64,000 nucleotides of DNA, taken from assembly GCA_965644265.1 (NCBI GenBank), contig OZ286471.1, forward strand, positions 46,438,001-46,502,000, read 5' to 3'. Shown here one piece after another: positions 12,414 to 25,500 of the stretch. Below the pieces are notes generated by a model. That model saw only the letters and a program-made list of their open reading frames with translations. It ran no database searches and had not been told where the DNA came from. The translations under genes and the position numbers were made by a program. The stretch comes from Glycera tridactyla. Lineage: Eukaryota. Within the stretch, counting starts at the first letter, position 1; each line of letters begins with the position of its first letter.

Positions 12414-15400
12414 AATATGTGCATTCACACACGTGCATACATACACACGCTCACACTCAAAAACAATTATGTGTGCACATTCGCGCATACGTTCATTGAA
12501 CACCACACACTGGCGCATACCCTCAAACACGCATGTCCATATATATGTGGATTTGTCCACGTAACCTTGCATTATTATGGTACAATATACAAAGAGGAGT
12601 CGAATAATGAGGTAAATTAACCGATGGAATTTGATGGACAGAGTCCAATATGCAGCATGTCAAGGCAATTGGCGCCATTCGGATATATCACTTTTAGAAC
12701 TCAAGTGTTAAGATTGTGTGAGTTGAAGCTATATCATCATAGGACTGTTTTTGATACTTGATCTCTGTAACGGCCCGAAACCTCGATTGTAAGCTGACCC
12801 AATCCCCAAATAGTTGGATGAACGCAGGTGAAATGGTCACGTTCGATCGCGTGGAGGAGCTGCCATCGATGACCTTATGGCAGGATACAAGTAATCATCA
12901 TGATGTCTTCGAATAGTCTCGCTATGCGGGTGATATTTTTCAAAAGCAGTCTCTCGAACAGGTTTGACTGTGCATAAAAAATGCGTCTATGAATAGTGTG
13001 GTGAAGATGGACGCAGTACAGATCAGTTGATACGAAAGTACGTGGATATCATGTTGTGGCTCTCCTCAAAACTGAAAGCAGGCAATATGCACCAGGGATG
13101 TGGATAGATGAAATTCAAGTGATAAATCATCACTTTCTTCATCGGACAATTCACCATATCATTCTGATGTACACTCAGCGACTCGCTCATCAACTTATTT
13201 ACCAATTCCCCACGTACGCTCAGTCGATGATAACCTAGAGCTTTTTTAAGAGTTGATCAAATACGCATGTTGGAATGTAATCATTGCTGAGCTGAAGGCA
13301 TCAACTAGCACTCTATGCACGTCAAATATTTGCCTGTCTGCCTCCAGTCTCAGTCAGTGATGCCACCATCGTCAGTGATGCGTGAGAATGCATTGACATC
13401 TCCCTGATCACACCAGCGATGTGCCCCGCTGCAGTGGGTCTCTTTCACTACATTTCCTGTTTCAAGTAATGTATTCAGTTCAAAGTTATCACTATAAGGT
13501 TACAGTCTCAGCTATCAGCCAATTACATAGTTAGATATGCCATCTGAAGGTTTGTCATTGTACACTTGAATCTGTCCACAGCCTGTGCTGTCTCAAGCAA
13601 GATCCGTCCCTAAGCAGCCACGCCAACTTCATCTAGCCAGTTTTCTCTGTATTAGGCATGCATCTGCTCTAAACATGGAGTTTTATGTCTTCCCTTCGGC
13701 GTACGCTTGATACAGATTTGACTGTATTTGAAGAATCAATCTCGACTAGCGGAATATAATACTTAGATGATTGAAGGAAAAATGGATGAATATTAGATAC
13801 AATGCTCAGATGAAAAAAAGGAAACAAGTGCGTACTACATATTCGCTCCGATGACATTTCACTCATTTGTCTCGCTGAATATCAGGGACCAATTCTTTCC
13901 AAAGAACCGCAGTGACTTGAAGGTCTATTGTTGCTATGAGTGAGATGAGAACGTCACGAGACAACTCATTTGGTCAGGAAATAATCACTAGAGCAATAGA
14001 TATACGTTGAGTCTTCAGTCATTCTTTGATTAATGCAAAGATGACCCATGAAGGTGACTGTATCCGGAGCTCAACCTTATATCTTGGTGAAAAGATCCCT
14101 TCGGAGTATCGTATTACCTTTGTTAGCTCTGTCATTGTTTCTGTCTCTAGTGTGTGCCAAAGTCAATATTAGCTTTAACTGTCCTGCCACGCAGCTGACA
14201 TGAGGCTTTTCTCAACTCACACCAGCTCGCCATCCATTTGCGGCGTGTGATAGCCCTTTCATCTCTTTGTAGTTGTGGACTGGTGTTAGTATTGGTGATT
14301 CAGTAGTTTTTGCTTTGTTATCACCGCTATTATTGTAGTTTGTGGTAACGATAGTCCTGGTGATGGTGCAGATAATTATGGTGATGATGCAGATGGTGGT
14401 TTGTTCGGGGTGGTGGTGATGGCTGGGGTGCGGTGAAGTTGGTGATGGTACTGCTTTTGATCAGGGTGGCGAAAGGGATGTTGGTGGTTATAATGGTGGT
14501 GATCGTTTGTCTTGTTAATAACAAAGGTCAGAAAGACCATGGTGGTGGGAACAATGGTGAAACTGGTGATAGTATTGGCAGGATGATGCTTGAAATGACG
14601 ACAATGCCGACAAGGTTGTTGGCAAACGTAACGGCAGAGATGATGGTAGAGAAAGATATGACTCATTATGAACAAAATGCTGAAATTTCTCATATTTTGA
14701 TGATAGACCTGCTAGATGAAGTATTGAAAGAATCGGTGAAATGGTCATATGATAGAGTGATTAGGCATTATGGCTGTATTGTTTTGTCACCATATCAACC
14801 AGTGAACCAGAGTTTTCTCCATGAAATTGCACATTCAACGATCTGAGCCTGTGTTTTGGAGAGATGTATATGGAAGCTGTATGTCGATTTTGTTAATACA
14901 CCAGGCCCTCGATGCATCCTAAGAGGGACTATCCGAAATAACTTTCCGACCATTTCCACATTAGTCGTTAGCAAAAATGCTCAATTTCTTCTTGTTTTTT
15001 GATATCACGAAGACTTTGCGAAGATTTCATTCACCCATCAAACTCCATTCTCCAATTGGAATATATGTAAATTCATGTAAAAATTCTCAAGCTGGAATAT
15101 GACTGCCGCATTAAGGAATGCTAGCACAAACGTGGTTGATTGACAGCTTTCTCTTAACAATAAGATGACATGTTTCACGGATGGGTGCGCTTACCTCGCA
15201 CCAAATTTGGGATTCACACTATGTGTCAGGTGCAGATTTTAGTATACCATGACCTGCGTGAACAACAAATTTGCTGACTCCAACCTTCACCACGCATGAT
15301 GTGCAGAAAGCAAGACATATCTCAGGGTTGACAGCAAGTCGCCCCCCCCCCCCTCCCCTTTCAAGATTATTCTTAGTTCAAACTTGGCGGGCGCAGATGG

Positions 15401-16850
15401 TGGTTAGTGGTGACGTGAGTAATATGATTTTGTGGGTTGATACGTGTCATCAAACCCAAATATAACGATATATCAATCAATCACTCCAGCAGAGAGTCTC
15501 GTCAACATTACCGGCCATCTCACTATTGTACTATTCAAGCATCTGTGACAGAAGACTGACTAGGATAAACCTCGTGGACAACATTCAAGCGAGGGGAGGA
15601 GGCGTGAACTTGAGCCATGGCTAGTTTCCCACTCCTCGTGTTGGCGCACAGATTGGCAAATTGTCATCTCTTATTTGTCATTTTTGACACACTATCTGTC
15701 GCGGTGATATAAGAAGACCTTTCAAGATTACATGAGGATAATTATAGCATATCGGAGTGTTCGTATTCATCTGAGACCAAACTGATTCATGCTAGACAGC
15801 CAGGTGTCCCCACAGCATTCGAAAATATACCATATCAACACATGAACACAGGAACAAAAAGACAAGCATGCGGCAATCCGTAGTGAATCCACAATTAGTA
15901 CAAACATAAAATGTATCCGACTATTTTCTTCATTCGGTGATATGTCTGGCAGCAACGTGGCGCAAAAATGACACCAAATATAAACTCGTGCCCAGATACC
16001 ATGACAACTCTGCATGTGACGTCAGAGTCGGCGGCTGAAGGCAACGTCAAACAGACTCAAACTATATGGAACATGCTGCATTACCTGGAATTGCATGATT
16101 CATGGTTCCATTCCAGTGGTAGTGACAGATTAAAAATAACGTGAAAATCAGTGAAGAAAGCTTGAAAAACGCCGCCGCCCTATTTCGACTGGGCCTCGCG
16201 GGGGAGAGGTATGCCGACCAGAGGTGAAGACACCAAGCCTTGTCCAGTCGACTAAAGAACGTTTTTTCCCCGTGTTTTTCCTCGGTTGTTATTTGCAGTG
16301 AGGGTGTATGCCACTCCTATGTTTGATAGAGGGGATCTTTGAAGGAGACACGGATATGCCAAACAAATATTTGATCCTCCGCTCGGCAGTACACGTGATA
16401 ACTGGGCCCGACATGGTTGTGATTCAACCAGTACCCGTTGCATGATTATACTTCAGATAGGCGCAGGTGCTGCTAATCGTGAAAACCATATCAGCCGAGA
16501 GCACCCAGGTCTTACTGAGTACACCTACACTATGGTTTTCTGGGTCTAGCTTATATATCCATGGGGCTTTGCCATGTCCGTTATACAGAAACTCCAACAC
16601 TGATGGAGTATATTCCAAGGATTAAACGGCTGGAACGATCCCGAAAAATTGAATGCAATAAGCGGACAATCAGTCGTTGTGAATGTTGGAAGTCTCAGCA
16701 ATAAATTCCTAGTTCAAAAATAAGGAGTAAAGGCATTTGGGAATGTATCAATAGTCACAAGGTTTTGATATCTTTATTTGATCTAATCATTTTTTTAGGG
16801 GGGCGCTTGTCCCTGAGAGTGAGCAATTCACCCAAGTTCGATTATATCAG

Positions 16851-17700
16851 ACATGTCTGGCAAAGGGTCCTGACCGTGAATAGGCGATAAAGCAGACATG
16901 TCTGATAATGGGTCCTGACCGTGAAGCAGCATCAAAGCAGATCTGTCTGATCATGGGTCCTGACCATGAACCAGCAATACGGCAGAATTGTTTGATAATA
17001 GGTCCTGATCATGAACCGGCAATACAGCAGAAATGTTCGATAATGGGTCCTGACCATGAACCGGCAATACAGCAGGAATGTTCGATAATGGGTCCTGACC
17101 ATGAACCGGCAATACAGCAAAAATGTTCGATAATGGGTCCTGACCATGAACCGGCAATACAGTAGAAATGTTCGATAATGGGTCCTGACCATGAACCGGC
17201 AATACAGCAGAAATGTTTGATAATGGGTCCTGACCATGAACCGGCAATTCGGCAGAAATGTTTGATGATAGGTGCTGATCATGAACCGGCAATACAGCAG
17301 GAATGTCCGGTAATGGGTCCTGACCATGAACCGGCAATACAGCAGGATAGTCCGATAATGGGTCCTGACCATGAACCGGCAATACGGCAGAAATGTTTGA
17401 TAATAGGTGCTGATCATGAACCAGCAATACAGCAGGAATGTTTGATAATGGGTCCTGATCATGAACCGGCAATACAGCAGGAATGTCCGATAACGGGTCC
17501 TGACCATGAACCGGCAATACGGCAGAAATGTTTGATAATAGGTGCTGATCATGAACCAGCAATACAGCAGAAATGTTTGATGATTGGTCCTGACCATGAA
17601 CCAGCAATACAGCAGGAATGTCCGATAATGGGTCCTGACCATGAACCGGCAATACGGCAGAAATGTTTGATAATAGGTGCTGATCATGAGCCTGCCCGCA
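16851..17700. repeat. 45-bp minisatellite, ~18 conserved units plus degenerate flanks
   Basis: Unit atgggtcctgaccatgaaccggcaatacagcagaaatgttcgata. The + frame reads MGPDHEPAIQQKCSI with one TAG at 17163-17165. The distal half has a 135-bp higher-order period. Confidence 0.97.
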
Positions 17701-18059
17701 TTATACTTGGCGTGTCCAATAATGAATCTGCGCAATAAGCCAGTGAAAGAGCAGAGGTTTCTGATCCTGAGTCCTGACAATGAGTGGGCAAAGACAGACA
17801 CTTCTGATAATTTATCGTGGCTATGAGCTCGCACAAGTAGATATGTTGGATCACGAGTCAGCGAGATAGATAGTAGACTCCCCATATAGCCAATGTCTTG
17901 CTGGGCATAATTTGTGGTGTTGATACCTCGGGGACCAAACCAAGCTGATTATGTGCGGGAGTATTGGTGTGACGTGGATGGCAGGCAGGGCAACATATCC
18001 ATCCCTTTATACATTCGTTTGTCTCTGTCACCCTTTCTCTTTTTGTACCCCCCTCTTAC

Positions 18060-18643
18060 CTCCAGAGAAATAAGGGTAAAGAAAGGCCAGGAGTAAGGTG
18101 ATATAAGATGTAACTACGGACATCAATAAGCTTCTCTCAACGCCTATTCCGCGTATGTGCTACATTGAGACGCCCATGCAATGGACATGATGGGATCAAC
18201 CAAGACTCCTTCTTTTGGCTCCTCAACAGGAAGGGGAAATTTATGTCAAGGTGTCATTTCTGGTGTTAAGAATGTTGACACAGTGTCACTCCGAGAACAT
18301 GAGATTGATTGACATGACTTTCTATAGTTCGGTTTTATGCCAAAGTGGTACACAGCGAACCTGAAACAAGTTCACTAGACCTCAACCGGTTCCAGGAGTG
18401 CGAATGGTCACTATCGGACCTGAACCAAGTATTCAATCTGCTCTAGCCTAATTGTAGATGTGGCCAATGGAGTCACATAGCGACCCCTGCAAAGACCCTT
18501 ATAATGAAATTATACCACCTAATTCATGCTACTTTGCTGCATTAGATATACCATCTAATGTGTGTCCAAATTGTCGGTTACTTCAACCTGACGACCTTTC
18601 GGGGTGCCAATCATCTTGTGTTCAGGGTTTGTATCAGTGATAC
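18060..18643 (-). pseudogene. Decayed exon, module copy C
   Basis: ctgtcccccacag|GT then ITDTNPEHKMIGTPKGRQVEVTDNLDTH* (stop 18555-18557). Downstream are STYAE*ALRE and a donor, ctggag|gtaaga, at 18059. Confidence 0.5.
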
Positions 18644-19987
18644 CTGTGGGGGACAGAACATCAAGCTTTCATTTACCAGGGACACGCGGCATATATAATC
18701 CCCTGGCTGGATACGTACCGTTAAACGTAAGTCAATCATCAATCAATCAATCAATACTTCGCTTGAAATACATGTATCATGATATCCTCTTGAGCAGTAA
18801 GAACCCGCACCAGTATATCACAGTATCCCAATGATACTAATAATGACCTTTCATGAGATAATACTCACAATCCTTCTCAATCGAACAGTCAATATTTTGA
18901 TACATCCAACGAATTCCACACCCCACGATTGGCTTGCATCGTATATGGACGTAGTTTCAGTCGAGTGACTGCAGCATTTCCCATGGGGCCATTTCAGAAT
19001 GCAAAACGAATTCAAGTACGAATTGAACATATGTTCCGGACTAAGGATGATTTACATGGTGTTGTGTACTCGCATAACAGTATGGCTTTATCAACTGAAA
19101 GGTGTTTAGTATGAATATCTTTTTCATGGCATTGAGGTTATCCACACAGCGTCTTTTCTATTTGAATGCACTCAGTGTTTCCTCTATCCTACAGGACTGT
19201 CACTGCATGGCGTGTAAAGCGAGATGCTTGGATAAACCAAGGTTGCCTCGGATAATTCAGGTCCATAACGCAATAAAACAAGTCGTGTTTATCATACGTG
19301 CAGTCACATATCGCAGGAATAGTGAATTAATTGTTTAGTGCACAGTGCTTATTGAAATATAACGGTGTTTGAAGAAATCCATAACTTGGAGCAGTAGCCC
19401 CTTCTCCCTGGAAGGGAGCGGTAGGCATTCACCCTGCCTCCAAATGCGTCCTATTTGAGAGTTCCCATCTCTTGTCTTTTGGGGAGTGATTGATGCTGTT
19501 TAAGTATTTTAGTTCTTTGACAAGAGCTATAGTCTTCACTGTATTGGCTTGCGGAGACTGTCAGTTTCATCTATTGGACTGATGTCTGTGTTTGACGTCC
19601 TATCGGCAATTCATTGGCTGTAACATCGTCTTGGCCACTAATTTACATTCTCCTTAAGAGATCCGTCTCTTTGTTATACCACTTGCTGTAAACAGGTTCG
19701 AGAATAGAAGGGCACGGAAGTAACATTGACATTTATCAAATTATCTTGCAGAAGAGGCGTTGCTATTTCTTTCGTTCATTTCATCGAAAATCGCAAAGAA
19801 TGACAATGTCCCCCTCCTCTTTGTCTATGTGGTAGAAATAAGTGCTAACATTTCGTCAGAACATATGAGAGTATAAACGACTGACTGAGGGAACAATTGA
19901 AGATGGTGTATCGTTCATTTCACAATCAGGCCGCCTATCGTCGCTTAACTTCGTGGTATGATATAATTGTGAGTGCGCGAGATTTCA

Positions 19988-19996
19988 GTGTGTGTT

Positions 19997-20049
<53 letters not shown>

Positions 20050-20127
20050 GTGGGCGTCTGTGCCCTGTGTCCTGTAATTTCCTTTATATTATATGTATGC
20101 ATAAGTTTGCTGTGCGCGTGGGCGTTG

Positions 20128-20198
<71 letters not shown>

Positions 20199-20476
20199 CG
20201 CTCATGCCATTCGGTCGACAGACTGGTATTTCTTATGGAATAGATAGAGCCGCATGCTATTGTTGCTGAGATAATAGTGTGGAGGCCACGAAGATATTGG
20301 TGGTTACTGATGTCTGTGTGTTTTGTCATTTCCAGGTGAGATAATCGGCTCCAGTGACTGACGAGTAAGTAGTTTCTCTCCTTATCCATTAATCTTGATT
20401 GGACGAGTGATGTTCATGACAAAGAACAGACAGACAGACTAACAGACTGAAGGACGAACAACAGACAGATTATGAA

Positions 20477-20561
<85 letters not shown>

Positions 20562-20915
20562 TAGCAAACTGAGTGAGTGTGTGGGTGAGTGAGTGAGCGG
20601 TTGGGNNNNNNNNNNNNNNNNNNNNNNNNNNNNNNNNNNNNNNNNNNNNNNNNNNNNNNNNNNNNNNNNNNNNNNNNNNNNNNNNNNNNNNNNNNNNNNN
20701 NNNNNNNNNNNNNNNNNNNNNNNNNNNNNNNNNNNNNNNNNNNNNNNNNNNNNNNNNNNNNNNNNNNNNNNNNNNNNNNNNNNNNNNNNNNNNNNNNNNN
20801 NNNNNNNNNNNNNNNNNNNNNNNNNNNNNNNNNNNNNNNNNNNNNNNNNNNNNNNNNNNNNNNNNNNAATCAGGCAGACAGACAGACAGACAAATAGACA
20901 GATAGACAGACAGAC
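19988..20915. repeat. (TG)n tracts and a (GACA)n tract flanking assembly gap 20606-20868
   Basis: Direct reading; the gap is 263 Ns. Confidence 0.95.
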
Positions 20916-20991
20916 AGCGAATTTTTTAGACGGGTGGGGAATTCGAGTCCACCAGAAGGTCAAATATACTGCTACCCACAGCCATGTATGC

Positions 20992-22774
20992 TCAAGATTC
21001 CGGAAAGAAATGTGGGGGCGTTTGTTTTGTTAAGACGTGTTTGGCGTGTAAGAGTCGTTCGTTGCCCAGTTGTGTATCTTCACTGATTTATAGATGAACC
21101 TGAGGTCGTAGCTGCTTGTAGGTGCTATTGTCTCCAACGGAAGCCCAAGCAACTGGTGGGACTTGAAACTGTTGAGTCTGTATCTAGGCTTTGTGGAAAT
21201 GTCCCAGGTAGCGCGTATTTGGCCGGAATCGCTGATAAGTCGTACATACAAATATTTCTAGTATATCGGACAAAAGGTACACCGACCAAAGCCGCACCTG
21301 AATACTTGCTGCACCTGGGGCCCGACTCTCTTACATGTGGGCGTTCTTGATCTGGACAGTGGTAATCTTAGTTCCTATGACTTTCTTAGAAAAGGTCGCA
21401 AGAGTAGCTACTCTCGTTCTAAATTCTCCTAAACTCTCGTGAAAAGGACCAAGACTGATTTTTGCTCATGAAGCCCAGTCAAGCCCCTTTACCATGTGAT
21501 GCTGGACTAATACAGAGACACGTTTCACTAATCGGTAGGTGCTTTCTGGATGCTGCTGCAATTGAACGCTGTTCCGCATTCGGAGTTTACCTTCCATCTC
21601 GGTGAAACATCCAAATTCCGTCTGGCAGCAGAATAAACATGATGGTCACGCCACGCTTTCATCTCATTCCAATTCATAAATAAATATATATCATACCACA
21701 AGGCTGAAATTATTCGTATTTATGCTTTAGGAAATATAAATATTCTGTATGAAGTCGAATTTACGTCGACACATCCATGTATACACGAAGTCTGGTTGTG
21801 GATAAAAAATAGTGACTGACTGACTGCAGTTGGTCAAGAGAATACGCGACAGAACGATAGGGAACGGTGACTCTTGTGAATCGAACATCTTTGTTGGATA
21901 TGGGATTTAGGGAACTTATCCTGATTCTACTTTGATTAAAGATTGCTCTCTATCAGGTATTTCACAGCCCATATCCCAATACACAACCCGAAATGGCTTT
22001 ATTTTTTTTTGCACAGACAAGATTTTTGAGGGTACATCCGATGATGACCCCATCACCATTTGTAAGTTTCCACGATGGCTGATTAGCTGCATCCTTCGAG
22101 GCATTGTGTTAAAGATTATGGTCCTGGTATCTCCATGTTGCATTTAAGGCAGATGATATCCGTGGTACGTGCCTGATATGTTCGGACAGGAAGAGCCTGG
22201 GATCATAAGTAACAAAATTCAAGTGGTGATGAAAATTACTTCAAATGGGCGAGATAAGGAGGTTTGATTGACCAGTTTCTTCGGCTCTGCAAGGAATGAG
22301 AATGATGGATACGAGTGTGCCTTTTTCAGTATTGAAACAAACAACATGCTTATAGTAATGTCGGCCTACCTCGAAATTGAAAATACTAGGGAGCCTAGTC
22401 ACTGTCACGCGATACAACTAATTGTCGGGTATATCCTAAGCAACGCTTTTCTCCGCTCCGAAATTGGCAAAACAGAGGTCACGCACTACCGCGTAAAAAT
22501 ACATGAAGGTTGTTGGAACCGATTTATTGGGTAACCATATCGTCTTTTCTATCTCTGATCCAAAATGACGATGCAATTTTCAAGTACTGCCCTGCGATGA
22601 AATGGAAAACATTGCTAAGAAGGTTTTAGTGTCAGCTTCCACCAAGATACACCAACAATAGGTTCACCCTGTTCATGTTGGGTAGGTAGAGGTGTTTCTG
22701 AATTGTCAGCTACTTTCATGTGACAAACTTTCAGGTTCCCATCATTTAGTGTTCAGGGATTGTGAGGGCAACGT
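20992..22774 (-). pseudogene. Decayed large exon, module copy D, with possible Roc-GTPase-like motifs
   Basis: Acceptor position reads caa, then VALTIPEH*MMG/NLKVCHMKVADNSETPLPTQHE. Downstream are DVPSKILSVQKK (ORF 21916-22143) and a same-frame 202-codon stretch (20992-21597) with 4 internal stops containing EGK, PEST, VRLWS and CTTYQRF...RYL. Confidence 0.4.
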
Positions 22775-23848
22775 TTGCAGCGGAGTGATCATCTAGCTCT
22801 CATTGACCAGGGACATACTACCGATCCTAAAGATTTACAGGCGTGTTCCGTGCCTGGCATTTCCTGGTACACTTGAACGACTGGCTATCTGTACCGAACA
22901 ATTGTTTCATTCAGATGCCTAGATTTGGAATCCCCGTTAACAAAGTGGACACGTGATATCTGTCTAATCTCCGATTGTCTTACTAGTGATCTGATCTACA
23001 CCAACACACATTTTTGGAAGATGTGTATTAGTTCTGTTGCTGGGGCATGACCAAATTCTCATCCTGTAGTACGTGGTGATTGTAGAGTGCCTGATATGCA
23101 GCAACTATGTGTTCTGTCTATTATCCTCCCTCAGAGATGGAAGCAACGCTCCAACCAGGACAGGTTGGTAAACATGAGTAACAGAAGCGTCAACTGAATT
23201 GCTGAGGTTACCAGAAAGTGACTCATTGAAATGTTCATGGAGACATGTATATGCGACGTCTGGATATCTGTGGATATCATAGATGGGACCTCATATTGAG
23301 CAGAGGTCATCTGATACCCCAGATGAACATAGTAGATACTATCTCCCTCACCCATCCAGGGGCAAGCAACGCAAAAATAAGTTCACAATATACAGGACAG
23401 GGTCTGTTTTCATCCCATCATATCGAATATTGTAAAAAGAGAGACAGACTGATTTGAGGAAAAACAATGCTAATAAATTCAAGAGAAGTAGCGTGTACAT
23501 GTCTAAAATGTTTCGTTTGACTTCATCGTACTTAGTGACTATTCGACTAGACAATATTGCGCCGGGCGTCGACGCACGTATTTATATAAGTTGAGTCGAT
23601 GCTGGTCGAGATTTATTAGTTACTGGGCCAATGCTGCTCTGCATCAAGGGCACGGGTCAAAATGTCGCATTAACCATTAGTGCACAGTAACAAAGAACAT
23701 TCAATAGCACATGGTTGCTTGCCATGATACAGATTCATGGTTCTCATCTGTTTTCGCCGAGCCATATCGCCACTTTATCTGGATGTATATCACCATTCAT
23801 TCTGAATGAGTATGGTGATGATGGGTTTGTAATTTCTCATGGTAGTCT

Positions 23849-23960
23849 TCATCATCTTGTGTTCAGGGATTGTGAGAGTGATGAATGCAGGGGGGGGGGT
23901 CAAAACAGCCAGCTCCCACTGATCAGCAGCACATAGCATACCTAGCTCTTTGAAATGATA
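23849..23960 (-). pseudogene. Module copy E (5' fragment)
   Basis: ccccctgca|ttcatcactctcacaatccctgaacacaagatgatg (ITLTIPEHKMM), with the family's conserved upstream intron segment. The acceptor G is lost. Confidence 0.45.
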
Positions 23961-25104
23961 CATACCATTAGACTCTAACCAATGTATCAATGGTTGATAA
24001 CCACGACAATATTGACAATCTATTTGTGTACAGTATTGGTTGCATTGGGTGGCAGCCGGGCTGTGACGTTGCCCAGGAGAGCGCTTATTGAGGTCTTGAT
24101 TCCTTGAATGGACTGTACCATACATTCGCTCATGGAGCACCAATGACACGGGCCAGGGGAACATGTATAGTATGAAGCGATACATTTTCTAGAATAATGT
24201 AATTGTGGTTCACTTTTGGGTATATCCCTAGCAAGTTCTTGCGATTTAACAATTGTATTCTTTGGCAGACCTGTGCAAGCTTGAGCCTTTCTCATCTCCC
24301 CAGGGTAGTATACAAGCACAAACACAGAATCTACTGCTTATAACAGCATCACTGCTTATAACCAAGAACCCATTCACAAGTTAGTGACGTGGGACGGTAT
24401 AGTACATAGGTTCCACTCAGTTACCTCCACATAGAGGTGGCTCCAAAGTGAGAAATGCAGATCATATAGTTCTGTGAAATGGTGCACATCCTGTCTCGAA
24501 TGGTGAGCCTTGTTCATTCTGGTCACCATTCCCAGCAGGTGCCCTGCTCACAGTTGTATGACGATGTCTATTTGAGAACCAGGGTGACTGCTCCTAACTT
24601 TAGTAATGGGTTCAATTTTTTTTATTTTTTTCAACAATTTTGTGAGCCATCAACTCTGTGCACATTTCTTCATACGGATGTAATCGTATTGAGTCTAATA
24701 TTGAAGGCAATGTTCTCTGGCAAATCACAATACTTGATAATACGCAATAATGAATTGAAGACAGCAAGGACTGCTGGAGCTTTGCCGTATTGGCATGTCG
24801 GATATCATCATCTAAGATGTCAAGATAGATAATATAAGATTGTTTGATCCATGTCGATTATAGCAGGCGATATTAGGAGACCGGATAAACGTCAATTGAG
24901 TTTGGATTCTGGTGAGAGCTGAGGATCGGGGGTACACAGCAGAACTGTTTGATATATAACACCTCACTTGCCATGGACAAAAGAAACGGCCCCTGCAATA
25001 TGACACTCATTTACAGAACGATCGCGTCAGCTTAGAAGGTAATATTAGCCAGACAGACAGCTTGCATGAAATGACCTCAAAGCTTTTGATGAGGTCACCC
25101 TGTG

Positions 25105-25139
25105 ATCATCGTCGTCATCGTCATCGTCCTCGTCATCAA

Positions 25140-25206
<67 letters not shown>

Positions 25207-25500
25207 GTCATTATGATGATGATCATCATCGTCATCGTTGTCATTGTCGTCGTCATCTTAACCGTCGTCGTCATCTTCACCGTCGTCGTCGCCTGTGTCA
25301 TCCCCGCTCGTCACCATTGTTATCGTCATCATCATTATCGTGATCATCATTATTGTTGTCGGTGGTGTTGTGGCTGTTGTTATTGCTGGTGTTGTTGTTG
25401 CTGCTGTCGTCGTTGTTGTTATCGTCGCCAAAGTCATCTTCATTGTCATCTTCGTCGTCTTTGCCACTGTTACCGTCACGTACCGCGTCATTGTTATCAC
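25105..25500. repeat. (CAT)22 core within CAT/CGT/TGT low-complexity tract
   Basis: Pure CAT run at 25140-25205. Confidence 0.95.

Noticed and set aside
13710-13985. TGA-rich frame suggesting selenocysteine or an alternative genetic code
   Set aside because: TAA stops occur in the same frame, no SECIS could be supported, and transition decay is the simpler explanation.
16932-17885. 317-aa and 233-aa minus-strand ORFs as genes
   Set aside because: They are open only because the 45-bp unit lacks stops in those frames. There is no splice or selection evidence.
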